From Glycera tridactyla (Eukaryota): a stretch of 39,176 nucleotides of DNA. A program made the position numbers and the translations under genes. The notes below the pieces were generated by a model. The model had not been told where the DNA came from. It did no database searches and saw nothing but the letters and a program-made list of their open reading frames with translations. Below, one piece after another: positions 21,051 to 33,900 of this stretch (the first letter of the stretch is position 1; every line of letters starts with the position of its first letter). The DNA is taken from contig OZ286460.1 in assembly GCA_965644265.1 (NCBI GenBank), positions 50,430,825 to 50,470,000 on the forward strand, in the 5' to 3' direction.

Positions 21051-22443
21051 TTTTTATACGCCATCGGGCGTATTATGTTATGGCGCTGTCCGTCCGTCTG
21101 TGCGTCTGTGCGTCTGTCCGTCCGGAGGACCATTTCCGGACGATAACTCAAAAAGTTTTAGAGCTATTGATTTGCAACTTGGTATACCTAATCACCTTGG
21201 GTCTGGGAGGAAGCCTTTCGATTTTGCGGTTGCGACCTTCATTTTCAAGGTCGCTGAGTGCAAAAAGGTCAAATCACTGGTCCGGACCATTTCCGGACAA
21301 TAACTCAAAAAGTTTTAGAGCTATTGATTTGCCACTTGGTATACCTAATCACCTTGGGTCTAGAAGGAAGCCTTTTGATTGTGGGGTTGCGACCTTGATT
21401 TTCAAGGTCGCTGAGTGCAAAAAGGTCAAATCTCTGATCCGGACCATTTCCGGACGGTAACTCAAAAAGTTTTAGAGCTATTGATATGCCACTTGGTATA
21501 CCTAATCACCTTGGGTCTTGGGGGGAGCCTTTTGATTGTGAGGTTGCGACCTTGATTTTCAAGGTTGCTGAGTGCAAAAAGGTCAAATCTCTGGTCCGGA
21601 CCATTTCCGGACGATAACTCAAAAAGTTTCAGAGCTATTGATTTGCCACTTGGTATACATAATCACCTTGGGTCTGGGAGGAAGCCTTTCGATTGTGGGG
21701 TTCCGACCTTGATTTTCAAGGTTGCTGAGTGCAAAAAGGTCAAATCTCTGGTCCGGACCATTTCCGGACGATAACTCAAAAAGTTTCAGAGCTATTGATT
21801 TGCCACTTGGTATACATAATCACCTTAGGTCTGGGAGGAAGCCTTTCGATTGTGGGATTGCGACCTTGATTTTCAAGGTTGCTGAGTGCAAAAAGGTCAA
21901 ATCTCTGGTCCGGACCATTTCCGGACGATAACTTAAAAAGTTTTAGAGCTATTGATTTGCCACTTGGTATACCTAATCACCTTGGTCTGGGAGGAAGCCT
22001 TTCGATTGTGGGGTTGCGACCTTGATTTTCAAGGTCGCTGAGTGCAAAAAGGTCAAATCTCTGGTCCGGTCAAATCGCATATCTAGACAATATCTGCATG
22101 ATAACCTCAAAATAGTTTGAAAGTTATTGATTTCGAACTGTTCATGTATTCACCTGGGTTAGGAAAGAGCCCTATCCATATCAGCCTCATAGCTATTGAT
22201 TTGAAACTTAGTATATCTATTCACCTTGGGTCTAGGAAGATGCCTATTGATTTCGCAGTCGTAACCTTTGATCCCGGTCACCGAGTGCAAAAAGATAAAA
22301 TCCTATTGCAGACAATTTCTGGATGAAAACAGTCTGTGTCACTAGTCACGGCAATGAAGGTCAAATCCCATTCCAGATGAAAAAAGTCTGCCTCACTAAT
22401 TGCGGCGATGGCGTATTATGCCCCGCTTTGCGGTGCTCTTGTT
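21051..22443 (+). mobile_element. Helentron-associated (HINE/DINE-1-like) non-autonomous rolling-circle element carrying a 157-bp tandem array
   Basis: 5' T-run then subTIR ATACGCCATCG (21056-21066) with a 5' hairpin (GGCGTAT 21067-21073). (GTCC/GTCT) microsatellite ~21088-21124. Six 157-bp units (GGACCATTTCC at 21127, 21284, 21441, 21598, 21755, 21912) plus degenerate ones. 3' subTIR CGATGGCGTAT (22406-22416), hairpin GCCCCGC-TTT-GCGGTGC (22420-22436), T-rich end, no TSD. Confidence 0.88.
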
Positions 22444-22609
22444 CTAAAGATGGTGGCTGTTCCTAGCCACGCCATATTTGACATGGATGCCTTGATGGGG
22501 TCTCTATCAATTTCGGGGACAAAAATGCTTATTCAGAAATGGCCACCCCAAATGAATGCCAGCTATGTATGTCCCAGGAACAATAGGCCCAACGTTTCCC
22601 CATACATCA

Positions 22610-22800
22610 TAAGAGGCGACTAAGTGGGCATCTCAGAAATGACACCTCAAGTGTCTATGAATTTCATAAATATTCGCCTTCTGTTTTGGACCCCGAAGAT
22701 GGAGTCTTGGAAGATCCCACCCCTGCCCATTGCATGGGCGTCACAATATAGCCCAGATGGTACTGACCTGACGTTAAGTCAGAATCAACCAACCAACAAG
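22610..22800 (+). mobile_element. Possible second SINE/LINE 3' end with (CAAC)n tail
   Basis: ATAAGAGGCGACTAA motif and GACGTTAAGTCAGAATCAACCAACCAAC tail resemble common invertebrate SINE 3' ends. Confidence 0.35.
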
Positions 22801-23198
22801 CCAGCCATGTATGTGGACTTTCCAACAAGCATCAGCAAAGGGATCCAAGCCTCATATAAAAATTCAGTTCCGAGCATGAGATTATGTGTATTGCATATAT
22901 TTATCCGCCAGTCGGTTGAAAATTCACTTTTCACCTTGCTGTCGTGCAGTGCGGATGTCTTAGTAGAGACCATCACCGTTTCAAAATATTTGAGGCATTT
23001 GGGTTGGCTTGATTGAGGCAAGGGGTGCCTTCAGTGAAGGCTATGTTTTATAAATAATTTAAGCTTAATTGTCTAATTTTTAACTTGAACAAATTAGGGA
23101 GAATGAATATTCATTTCACTCACTACTAGGACCAACTGAAATGGATAAAAGATTGAAAAAATTCAATATACGTCAAGCTTCAAAAAATAAGGTCAAGG

Positions 23199-23434
23199 TC
23201 CAGCCAGTCACATAGTTTGATATGCCATCATCAGGTTCATTATGTTCATGTTTTGTAGTTAGAGGTGTGTCTGAACTGTCAGCTACACCCACTTGACAAC
23301 CTCTCCTGTGTTCAGGGTTTGTGAGTGTTGTCTGCAGGGGAGAGAACATCCAGCTTTCATTAACCAGGAACACATGGCATACATAACCCTAGGGTTGATA
23401 CATGCCGTTAAACCTCAAACTAACAAACAAACAA
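23199..23434 (+). mobile_element. SINE-like element, 5'-truncated copy
   Basis: Collinear with 24030-24296 and ends TTAAACCTCAAACTAACAAACAAACAA. Confidence 0.7.
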
Positions 23435-23899
23435 TATGGATTTTCAGGCCACATTTCTAGATGAAGTCCTGTTCTTCCCACCATTCAATGATGAAAGAAT
23501 TGGTATGGCCAACAAGGTCCTTATTTCATACACCCCAAAACAGGAATAGTATTGAATATGGAGATGGCCTGATCTTCTCAATATCTTTTGGACTGGGGGG
23601 TTGAATGAAAACATACCTTAAAAATTTTCTATCATCTATCTTTAGGCATTTTCTACCAAAATTGCACTATCACCAGATTTCTTTTTCTTGACCTCTTTAC
23701 TATCCCTCTAAGCTATTTCTTATTTCTTCAGTGAAATGGTCTCAGGTGAAGGTGGCTGATGGTTTGCCTGTAGCAGATATTGTCACTATGCAAAACGCGG
23801 GTACCAGGCACACTAGTTCTGGGTTACTAGGGCTGCGACTAGGTTTACTAGGTTGTGTGATGGCATTGTACTGCAAGCATAGGGCAAGCCATGATTGTA

Positions 23900-24296
23900 A
23901 AGCTGGTTTGAAGTTGACAGTTCGTAATTGAAGACATTGTTTGAGTATTCTCTGAACCTAATGCTTTTCCTTGTTTCAAGTACTGCGCTTTGCGTAAAAA
24001 AAAGCATAGCTATCAGGCTTGAGTGTTAACTTCCAGCCAGTTACATAGTTAGATATGCCATCATCAGGTTCAATATGTCTTTTTTTGTAGAGTTAGAGTT
24101 GGTAGGGGTGTGTCTGAACCATCAGCTACTTCCACATGACAACCTTTCGGGGAGTTCCCCATCATCTTGTGTTCAGGGTTTGTGAGAGTGATGTCTGCAG
24201 GGGAGAGACCATCTAGCTTTCATTAACCAGGAACACACAGCATACATAATCCTGTGGGTTGATACATGCCATTAAACCTCAAACAAACAAACAAAC
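23900..24296 (+). mobile_element. SINE-like element, near full-length copy
   Basis: Collinear with 20100-20383 from TTTGAGTATTC onward and ends in an (CAAA)4 tail. Confidence 0.7.
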
Positions 24297-24304
24297 CTGA
24301 ATTC

Positions 24305-24475
24305 CGATCTATGGATGAATGCTCAAAATTCTAATCTACTAATGCTCAATGCTCCGATTTTGATAAATTATGGATGAATGTCCTGAATGCTCAAATTTCT
24401 AATCTGTTATCGCCCAATGCTTAAATCCTGATCTTGATCTGCTATGGATGAATGCTCGAAATTCTAGTCAACTAT
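24305..24475. repeat. Degenerate minisatellite (3 copies of a TATGGATGAATG...ATTCTA motif)
   Basis: TATGGATGAATG at ~24311, ~24369 and ~24443 with shared AATGCTC/AAATTCTA motifs. Confidence 0.6.
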
Positions 24476-25557
24476 GCTGAGATGTGATTGTTCCACCTAT
24501 CTGCTGATTTCCGTGTTTATTTTTAATCACAGATGCAGGTATCCATGCATATGTCGGAAGAGCAATATATACTGATTATGGATTGTCACTCATGAAAATT
24601 GGACCAGAATTGGTTGATATAGAGCAGATTTTGTATTAAGCTATAGTAGCCATTGGTCAACAATTGTTGGGGTTTCTTGGTCCACAAATTCTCTGTGAAA
24701 GATGGCTCTGGTCAGGATATCAGGGATTTTGTTGTCAGTCAATCACACCCCTCTGTATGAATGTAGAACAATGGGGATGTTATGTCTCAAATGCTGCGTA
24801 ACATGACAGGAGGGTGATCACAGCAAGTACGCTTCTAATGGATCAGATCATTCTCTGCCAGGAAAGGGATGGTGCTCTTCATGATAAATGTTACTCAAAA
24901 GTATGGTTAGATGCATCACTTTTTCAACTCTTTCATCATTCAGGATCTTTTATGCCTTGCATTCCAGATGTATGAATGCTGGATACTATGTCACCTGCAA
25001 GTTTTGACCTTCCACATGTGGAACACAAGATGATTGGAAATAAGGGAGGGGAGGGGGGCTGTTGTCAAGTGGAAATATCTGACAGTTGCAACATACATCT
25101 GGCTTTATAGCATGGAACTGATGAATCCATCACTGGAGGATCACATGGGAAACCAATCCCTCTGAAAAAAACATTATTCAGAAAATGGAAATGTATGGGA
25201 TGATCACTACATGATAAATATATGAAAATTGAATTTCAATCATGTATAAATGAAAAAAGGATCTGGGGATGTACCCTCATAATGAATCTCTTTCATAATT
25301 TGTCATCATTTTAAATTGTGAATCTGGTGGGATAAGAGGGGACTGTCTGCTTGACCTGACACAAGATATCACTCCTTGCAATGCACATTGCACTCAGCCC
25401 AATATTCTCAATACCGTATAATGCTGAATAGATGCATAGTGTGCGAAAGGCATAGTCGAGTACTGTGTGTGTCTATTCGGAACCAAATCTTAGGGAAATC
25501 AATCACGCCATGTGTACTACAGCAAGAGAGCTATGCTGCCATATCAGTCAACCTCAC

Positions 25558-25709
25558 CAGGGTGAGAAGACATAGCTGCCCATCTGTCAGGGCAGGTAGA
25601 TTTTCCTGGAGGGCAGGTAGAAATTCATTATAAATGACTTGCATATATAAGCAGGGCAGGTTGATATTCCCGATGGGCAGGTTGATTTTCCTAATGTCTT
25701 CTTGCCCTG
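25558..25709. mobile_element. MITE with 16-bp TIRs (CAGGG.., hAT-like)
   Basis: CAGGGTGAGAAGACAT / ATGTCTTCTTGCCCTG (2 mismatches) and four internal GGGCAGGT(A/T)GA repeats. No clear TSD. Confidence 0.72.
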
Positions 25710-26978
25710 CTCATGCACCCTGAAAATGATGAGATGTGAGTGAATACTGCTGAACACTTGTAAATCAACAGTATTCACATGTTTGATGATTGTTTTGTTT
25801 TTTATGGAAAATCATGACATTTCCGTCATAAACATGATGAAGATATGACCATTTTAGAGTCTTCTGCTATCTTTGGCCTCTTAAGACTTCAAGAACCAAA
25901 AAAGGGAAGAATCATGCCACATCTGGTGATTGCGGACTGGTAACTATGGACAAAAATGATGCCAAATCACTGTTAGTGTTTCATTTTCATTACAAAATAC
26001 AGGAGTGTGCATCTAATTTGGTATGGGCGTTTATACGGCAATATACGGTAAGATAAAGTTTATGAAACCTTCATGGTTGCATCTGTACATGTCAGGTGCT
26101 TCTGCAATCTTCTGTCAACAAACTAACACAAAAAATTGTTACATTGTATACAAAACTTTATTTGACACTATATTCCATTATGCATATCATATGTGTCTTC
26201 AAAATAGTATTTCCTCATACATTTTTACAATGCTGAAATGACATGAAGGATTGTTCTAACAGCGACAATAACACATTGCAGTTTTCCCTCAAAACATAAT
26301 GAAAGGCATTATTTCTCAACAATTAGCCACTGTGCAAACAATGCAGGATATGTAAATTAGTGCATTTCCAATTCAGGGTAGCAAAACAATCACAATGACT
26401 TCGTCATTTCTGTCAATAATATGGAAACAGGTGATGAACTCACCACCATAGATGGTGTACTATGCCAGTGACACATGAACCTGTCCGAAAATATATATGC
26501 ATTAAAACATGAAGATCAGAGGCCAATTTTATGTATTTATATTTGTGATTATCATTATGCACATAGGTGCTGAGTATTACTGAGCAGAAATATACTGCAA
26601 CACTTGACTAGTTCCAAGGCCACATGTCTACAAATAGTACTTTCTGATGCAAACAAGTGTGGGGATTGTAGATTGGACTGACTATATCAAATAGCTACTC
26701 ATATGTCCCATTTGATACTTAATGCCACAAAATCTTTGGTCACTCATCACATAAGATGTGACTTTTAATCAATACGCATCATGTTTTAGCAAGCTGAATT
26801 AACATACCTCACAAGTCTGATTGCAAATACATGTAACATATTTGTATGTTAAGTGATGTGTAATGCAGTTGTCATTGTTATCGTCAGAGATATTACAAAT
26901 CTTGGAACTTGAACTTGTGTCAGAGATATGCACTTGACTAGATTCAATGACTAAGCTCTACTCACAAACACTGGGCTG

Positions 26979-27153
26979 TAGGTCCGCATCCAGAGCAGGG
27001 CATGAGGCATTTTTTTCAAGGCAATTGGGGGCCATCATGCCCCCCCCCTTCAAAAAAAAAATCAACAACTTGCTCTATTATTAGAAAATGCCCCCTTTCC
27101 TCGAACTATTGAGGGCAAATACCTCAATTCTGGGAAACCTGGATGCAACCCTG
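26979..27153. mobile_element. MITE of the CAGGGTTGCATCC family
   Basis: Right end TGGATGCAACCCTG and degenerate left end TAGGTCCGCATCCAG. Same ends as 38916-39130. Confidence 0.55.
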
Positions 27154-28791
27154 CCATGCAGTTGAGTATTCTTCACAACTTTTTTTGTGTTTTTTAATGC
27201 CCACAAATGAAATGAGCCTAGGGATCTCACAGCCCAAAGCCAATTTTATTGTAGGGTCATTCACTCATGATAGCACTTTGCATTCTCACACTTTAGTCAC
27301 ATTGAGTGAGAGTACTTCATCCATTTTGAGTGAATGTGAATTTCATGAATTAGGTTCTTGTAGTTAGAGTATCATCACTCAGCATGAAATTTTCCATGTA
27401 CATTTGATTGAAAATGAAAGACAAACTTGTCGTTGGCAATTCTGTCACATCTGCCGATGGACAGATAAACAGGAGTGGAATTTGCAATCACCCATAGCCA
27501 ACCAGGCCTGTTGGTGCGGCAATCTAATACTGGGTACTTTCTTGAAAACCCAGGCTACTATTCTGCTAAAGAAAAAATTCAACTCTCATACTCATGGCAG
27601 TTTATGGTGAATTTTTCCTCTTTGGAAATGCTCAATATTGGCACATCCTGGTGGTTTCTCAATGATGCATCTAGGAGGGGGAGTGGGCCAACTGACACAC
27701 ATTCTTCATCTTTGGCCCCTTTTCAACATTATGGCAGGCCAAATCTCCCATTTTTTTCATAATTAATTTTTTCTGAATATTTCACTACCATCTGAATTAT
27801 ATTGGCCCGCTTAAGTTTGGTGCCATCTTTTCAATCTAAAGGGCAATTTGGCTCCTAATTTGTAATTTCTAGATGCATCTCTAGTTTCTCCATCGTCGCA
27901 AATATGTTCTCAGAATACTTTGATTGGCCGACTTGACTCAGGTCCCCGATCGACTGGGCTCCTGCAAATCTCCACCCCTGCAATAATATGATACAATATG
28001 AATGCACTTGCTGACTAGTCTCACCTCTCTGACATTCTGATTTTCATTGCACTTTAACATGGACCATTGCGAATCAGCCAACCTGACGTGAAAGACAATA
28101 TATTCATGAGCAATTTCCACTCATGAGAGTTAGTCGAACTGTTTTTACAAAAATCCCTGCAGCCTGGCCACAATACCATATGCAATCACCACATGGACAA
28201 TATATTCTATGACACTGAAGAAGCATACAATACACAATACAGACATGCTGAAGAGCTAGTAGATTGGCTATGACTATTCAATCAATCTGATGCCGAGTCT
28301 GTGATTGATGGAACAGGCATGAGAGCAGTAATAAACGATCGAGTCATAACACGAGGAGAAATACACCTTGGACGCCACACACTGTTTCTCATCAAAATGT
28401 GTGCTTTCTGTTATGTGCTATGTCATCCTAACAAGTGAGTGCATTGGATCGAATTCTCGAATCAGTTTATTAAGGCAGATTGTATATTTCACTATGAAAT
28501 AAACATGATATCGAGGCAACTTGAATCTGTTATAATAGGGGCACGACTGAATTAGCAGCTTCTCTGAGGCCCAAATGGCCTGTGCATCAGCCTTGCCACC
28601 ACTACTGGTAGGCCTGTGAATGATACAAGAAAAAATGGCAGGAGATGGGACAAACAAGGGGAAGCATAAAGTCTTCCAAGGGCTCACGTGTGTTTCTGGA
28701 AATGAGCATCGTATCACACTGCTGGATCTTCAATTCAAATCCAAGATCATCCGCATACAAAAAGTCCAGTCCAGGGACTGTTTCACAGGTA

Positions 28792-28916
28792 CAGTCGAAC
28801 CTGCTCTAAAGACCACCTCTCTATAAAGACCACCTGAGCTGCGACCGTGGTAGTATTTTCAACAGTTAATCACTTTTGATGCAACCGAAGGTGGTCTTTA
28901 TAGACAGGTTTGACTG
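28792..28916. mobile_element. Tc1/pogo-type MITE
   Basis: TA-CAGTCGAACCTG..TAAAGACCACC ... GGTGGTCTTTATAGACAGGTTTGACTG-TA. Confidence 0.85.
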
Positions 28917-29336
28917 TACATGAATCTATAAGTTGACATCTCCCATATGTCTCAAGTGATGCTCTGATCCTCAAGTATCACTAAGATTGCTCCAAAGCAA
29001 TCCTTGTTTTCATGTAACTTAATTTCCAATTTTTCCCAATGACTGTGGACAAAAGCAATACCCCACCTGTTTTGGTTACCTTCATGCTGAAAATATAATG
29101 AACATACATGTATACTGTGACTGAAAAATAAATTTGATATATCTCAATATATATTCAAATTTAGTCGAGTTATAGGGCAGGCGGTGGCCTTTTCATGCCA
29201 TTTCCGAAACTAGCTGGTTGGGTAATAATTCATCTCTGACCCAGAACATGTCAAGCAAATAGTATTCAGCTGTCAGGCTCGTGGTATAATAATTCTTAAC
29301 AGCTCATCATTTCCATTGCAATAATGCCAGGAACTG

Positions 29337-29556
29337 GGGCCCGTTTTACTAAACGGAATAGTCATCCTAACTGCTGGTTTAGCAGAATTAGTCCAGCTTC
29401 TTTCCTGATAGGATAGCCAGTGAGTTGTGTTTTACCACAATCAGTCCCTATAAAGCAGATAAACTGCAATTTAGCCAGACTACAATTAGGGGGTGTATTA
29501 GGGAACTATCAAGACCACTTAATTTAGAAGGACCACCTATTTAGTAAAACAGGCCG
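29337..29556. mobile_element. PIF/Harbinger-type MITE
   Basis: TIRs GGGCCCGTTTTACTAAA / TTTAGTAAAACAGGCCG. 3-bp TSD CTG at 29334-29336 and 29557-29559. Confidence 0.78.
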
Positions 29557-30082
29557 CTGAACTTAAATGATTATAAGTCAGACAGCCATCTTGGTTATAC
29601 TTGGTTATGTAGTAAAGAGGTCTCTGCAAGACAACTCATGCTGATCACCATGAACCCGTATTGAGCCTCTGCCCAGCCCTGTGTAATGGACATTGCAAAA
29701 TTGCTATCTCAAAACACTGCACATATCTTAAATTAATCTGAGTAATAATGACAAACCTCGCGAGTGTAAGTCAAAGGCTAACAAATATATATATACAGAC
29801 ATCAATGCCGATGAAATACAAAATAATAAATAACATGTATATGTACTTTATATACAAATAAATCTAACATATTCTACCATATAAATAGCACAAAATGGAC
29901 TGACTCTATACAAGATGATATGATGGGATGGAGGAAGCAAAATTGATGGGTATGATGGGCACTTTCTGAGTCTCATGATGGCCAGGTAACCAGCACTTGA
30001 CATTTTATCAATAGTCTTCATCTACAACATGGATATGTTCTCTCATGGAAGTTTTTGGAGATGCAATGGAACTCCTGTCCTA

Positions 30083-30928
30083 CAGTCGAACCTCTATAAC
30101 GACCACCCTCGGTCGACTGCCGGAGTGGTCATTACAGAGAGGTGGCCGCTATAGAGAGGTTCTCATGAAAGATATCAACATGATCACCAACACGCGATAA
30201 ATTCGTTCATCAGGCGCAAAGAGGGAGACCGTGGCGGCCATTACTGTAAACATCACAAAGAACGAAACTACCCGGATGTGCGAAAGAAACTCGTGTTATT
30301 TGCATTTTTTTTGAAAATGAAGACGATTTTAGTGGTTCTAGACGGAGATCTTCCGAGCTGTGAAGAGGATTTGAAGAAATATGAAGAACTTTCATTTGAA
30401 ATTAAAAATGGTAACTGGATGAGGGAGACCGGCCGCTGCTAGCTGATTGGCGGGGGAAGTGAGTTCATCTGAGAGGTGAGCAAGCGGAATCTGAGCAGAT
30501 TTCACGGTCTCGACTTTGGCCGGGTGGTCGTCAGAGGAGGGAGACCGGCCGCTGCTAGTTGATTGGCGGGGGAAGTGAGTTCATCTGAGAGGTGAGCAAG
30601 CGGAATCTGAGCAGATTTCACGGTCTCGACTTTGGCCGGGTGGTTGCTGGAGGAGGGAGACCGGCCGCTGCTAGCTGATTGGCGGGGGAAGTGAGTTCAT
30701 CTGAGAGGCGAGCAAGCGGAATCTGAGCAGATTTCACGGTCTCGAGTGTGTCCGGGAGGTCGTTATAGGAAGATTCCTCAACCAAAAATGGCGGTCGCTG
30801 GTCGGAGTTGGGAGGTGGTCGCTATACAAAGGTCAATTATAGTGAAAAATACGTCGGTCGCGGTCAGGGGTGGTCGTTAAAGCGAGGTGGTCGCTATAGA
30901 GAGGTGGTCGTTACAGCAGGTTAGACTG
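30083..30928. mobile_element. 846-bp Tc1/pogo-type non-autonomous element with an internal 3x116-bp tandem repeat
   Basis: TA-CAGTCGAACCT..TATAACGACCACC ... GGTGGTCGTTACAGCAGGTTAGACTG-TA. The unit GAGGGAGACCGGCCGCTGCTAG starts at 30421, 30537 and 30653. CpG-rich. Confidence 0.88.
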
Positions 30929-33900
30929 TATATGCTGGATATTATCAAATGAGAAGGTATGCCTGCCAAAATACTACTTTGTTGGATTGGTATAGCATTT
31001 TGAGAGGCCAGTAGCCCCAGGAAATCTTATGAAGTCCTGTCTCATACCTTATAATGAGTATGTTACACACAATATAATTGTATGGATACATTGATGCAAA
31101 TAAAATTCTGGCTTTGAGTGTGTAGTCAGAAACCATGGGCACGGTCTGATGACAACAACTATGAGATGGTCGATACACAGGAAGAGATTGCATATGATCA
31201 TGAAGCTATTTGGAACCAAACCATCTCGAATTATTTTCCAACATGATGCAGTAGCGATGAATAATTTTAAAATAGCAGATATTGACTTGTCATTCATGAA
31301 AGTGAAAAAGAAACTGAATATGAAATAATTTCATACAGGTAGAAATAATCTGGAAATAACAGGATGTGTTCAAAAGTTTTGCCATCATATTCAGACGAGC
31401 GCAAAAGGAACATGATTGCTAACAGATACAAAGCTGATGAGCTATGTGGGGACAAAATCAGGTGCAAGATCACTTCCTGATTGCACAACTTTGATAACAT
31501 GTCACTCATGATATGTAATGATATGCAAAATATAAGATGCCAAAAATAGTACTGATCACTTCATTCAAATTATTTGATTTTTTTCCATTTCACCAGATCT
31601 AGTACAAGCATGGGAATGCCGTCCCTTTGATATATTCACGCACATCAGTTTCCAGAAGTTTGCTGTTTGGCACCTACATATCCAAGAATATCAGCACAGT
31701 GCTACGAAATACCAGTACATGTTATGGTTGAGCGATGTGAGCCCATGAGACAACCGTGAATTTAATTCATTTTCACATCCTCTTTGTCACCGCACACAGG
31801 AAGAGTCTTGAATGATCCTCTATCCATACCCATTACATGTGTATCTCAATATAATGGAACCTCAATATAGTCATTAGCAGCCATTCAGTGAGGTGCCTAC
31901 TGGGTAGAATGACACCTGGTGGTGACTAGTGGAAATGATAGTTCCTCCTCATTTGCTAGGTGACTGATAGAAAAATCAAATCACAATTCATGGCATGGAT
32001 ATGGGTATTTTTTTGTTTTTTGAAGAATATGACAGAAAATTTATCAGCCATGATAATGATTTCCCAGGAAGTGAAAGTCAGTTCACTGCAAGTGCCATCC
32101 AATGCCAATACACTGAAATACACTGGCAGAAGTAATTTCTGCCTATAGTTCAGCTGTCCTTTGGGTATGTGATGTGCAATTTTGACTCAAATGACCATTT
32201 GGCATGTGAATGCTAGCTTGACTCCTCCCCATTTTTGAGCAGTGACTTGAATGCACATTGTACATATTGAACATGGTTTTGTGGTTTCACTCCTCTAACT
32301 GGTTAACTTCTGACCTCCAATGAGTGATATCGATGAAACAGATGATATATTATACTGTACAACCCGTCAATACTGAGTCACACCTTTAGACATTAACAGC
32401 AAGTCAGTGAATTAGAGTGATGCCTTGTGGCAACTATTGGAAAAGAGGGTTCTTCTTCTCAGATCACTGAGATAAGAATCTAATAAAAATCTTTGATACA
32501 GATAGGCATAGTTTTTCATACTGGTGGATTTTGTTTGTTTTGAGGCATAAATCAAAAAGCCATAATGATGATTTCTCAGTAAATCAGGATTAAATATGGA
32601 GCTGATTCTGCACTGGCTGGAGTTCAAGCATATGAGGCATACAATGGAATTTGTGAACATCGTTAGACACATGATGATCAGTATAACTTTGATGGAAGAC
32701 TGCAAAAAAATTGCTCTCATATTATGCTCGTTCTGGAAATGAGGAAGAATGAAACAACTGCAATGGCAAAGCTGATGGAGGGCAGAATGATTTCAAGGTC
32801 AAGTGGACAAAATCAAAATAGAGGAGTCCCATTATCTTGATTTGGTTCACCATGGAATGATTAGTGTAGATTTATAACTGAATAGTCTAGCTTGCTTCCA
32901 GGCCGCATGTCTTTGAAACCATGAGCACAACAAAACCAAATTACAACTGGATCCCACATATTTGGGCCCTGGCCAGAGCTATTCACAAAGTTCATCCTGG
33001 GCAATTGGTTATAGGTCTATTGCAGCCTGGACATGAATATAAATTGTCTTGGATGAGTAAAGCACTTCATATTTATGATTCACAGTTTCCGTCTCTTCCA
33101 ATTCAAAATTAGAATACATTGAACATGAAGCACATTCTGGTGGGAGAGCTACATCCCCTCCCCCAAAACAAGCAACCAGCAGGAGTGGAGTGAGAGACAA
33201 TAGACTATTGTCTATTGTATAATCAAGGCCACACACAGGATGGATGACATTTCATCTCATAAGTATGAGTTAAATGTGGTCAGCAGACCGAATGAAACAT
33301 TGGGACATAATTGTGTATAAGAAAGTCTTTGCTGGCAGACAGACTCAACAAGACACATCATATTATAAGAAGTGATAGCTTATAATCTCAATTAAATACA
33401 ACTAGGTTTGAAATCTAGTAAATAATGAAGAGATGAATAACTGATTTTTGATAAAAGATGCAATAACTAACCAGGTGATGGCAAAACCTATGAGATTGGA
33501 CATTCCCTGAAAAAAATGACTGGAAAGACATCATGGAATTGGACAATAACCATTGGAGGGAAAGATTTTCTACAGAATAGGACATGCAAAGTATTACCCT
33601 CTTATTTACAATATATATCTTTTTCAATTCACTAAATGAGTGTGACCATTCAGTCATAAGTGTGGTCACTATGTCTATTCAGTGCCTGAGGGTCAATTTT
33701 TTTCATGTATCTTTTCAACCATACCTGTCTTTGATGGTAGTTGAAAAACTATATCACATCATTCAAAAGAGTGGATGATGCCCAAAGTTCAATTCAATTT
33801 CATCTTATGATCTTTATCATGGCAGACATGAAAGCAGCAAACATAATCGGTTTTGCCATGCAAGATCATTGCTTGATGGCAAATTCAAAACATTTCACGA

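Noticed and set aside
21123-22069. Regular arrays (157, 147, 214 and 116 bp) as possible CRISPR arrays
   Set aside because: Units are contiguous near-identical copies with no unique spacers, there are no cas genes, and the context is eukaryotic.
21080-22326. Repeated ORFs (…SGPFPDDNSKSFRAIDL…) suggesting a repeat protein
   Set aside because: They are translations of the 157-bp unit, which is not a multiple of 3, so frames shift and stop in every unit.
28160-28440. Protein-like reading frame (…AEELVDWL*LFNQSDAESVIDGTG…)
   Set aside because: In-frame stop, no recognisable family and no convincing splice sites.
31590-31750. Acceptor-like TTTTTTCCATTTCACCAG followed by a ~50-codon open frame
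   Set aside because: No recognisable motif, no partner exons, and expected by chance in AT-rich DNA.
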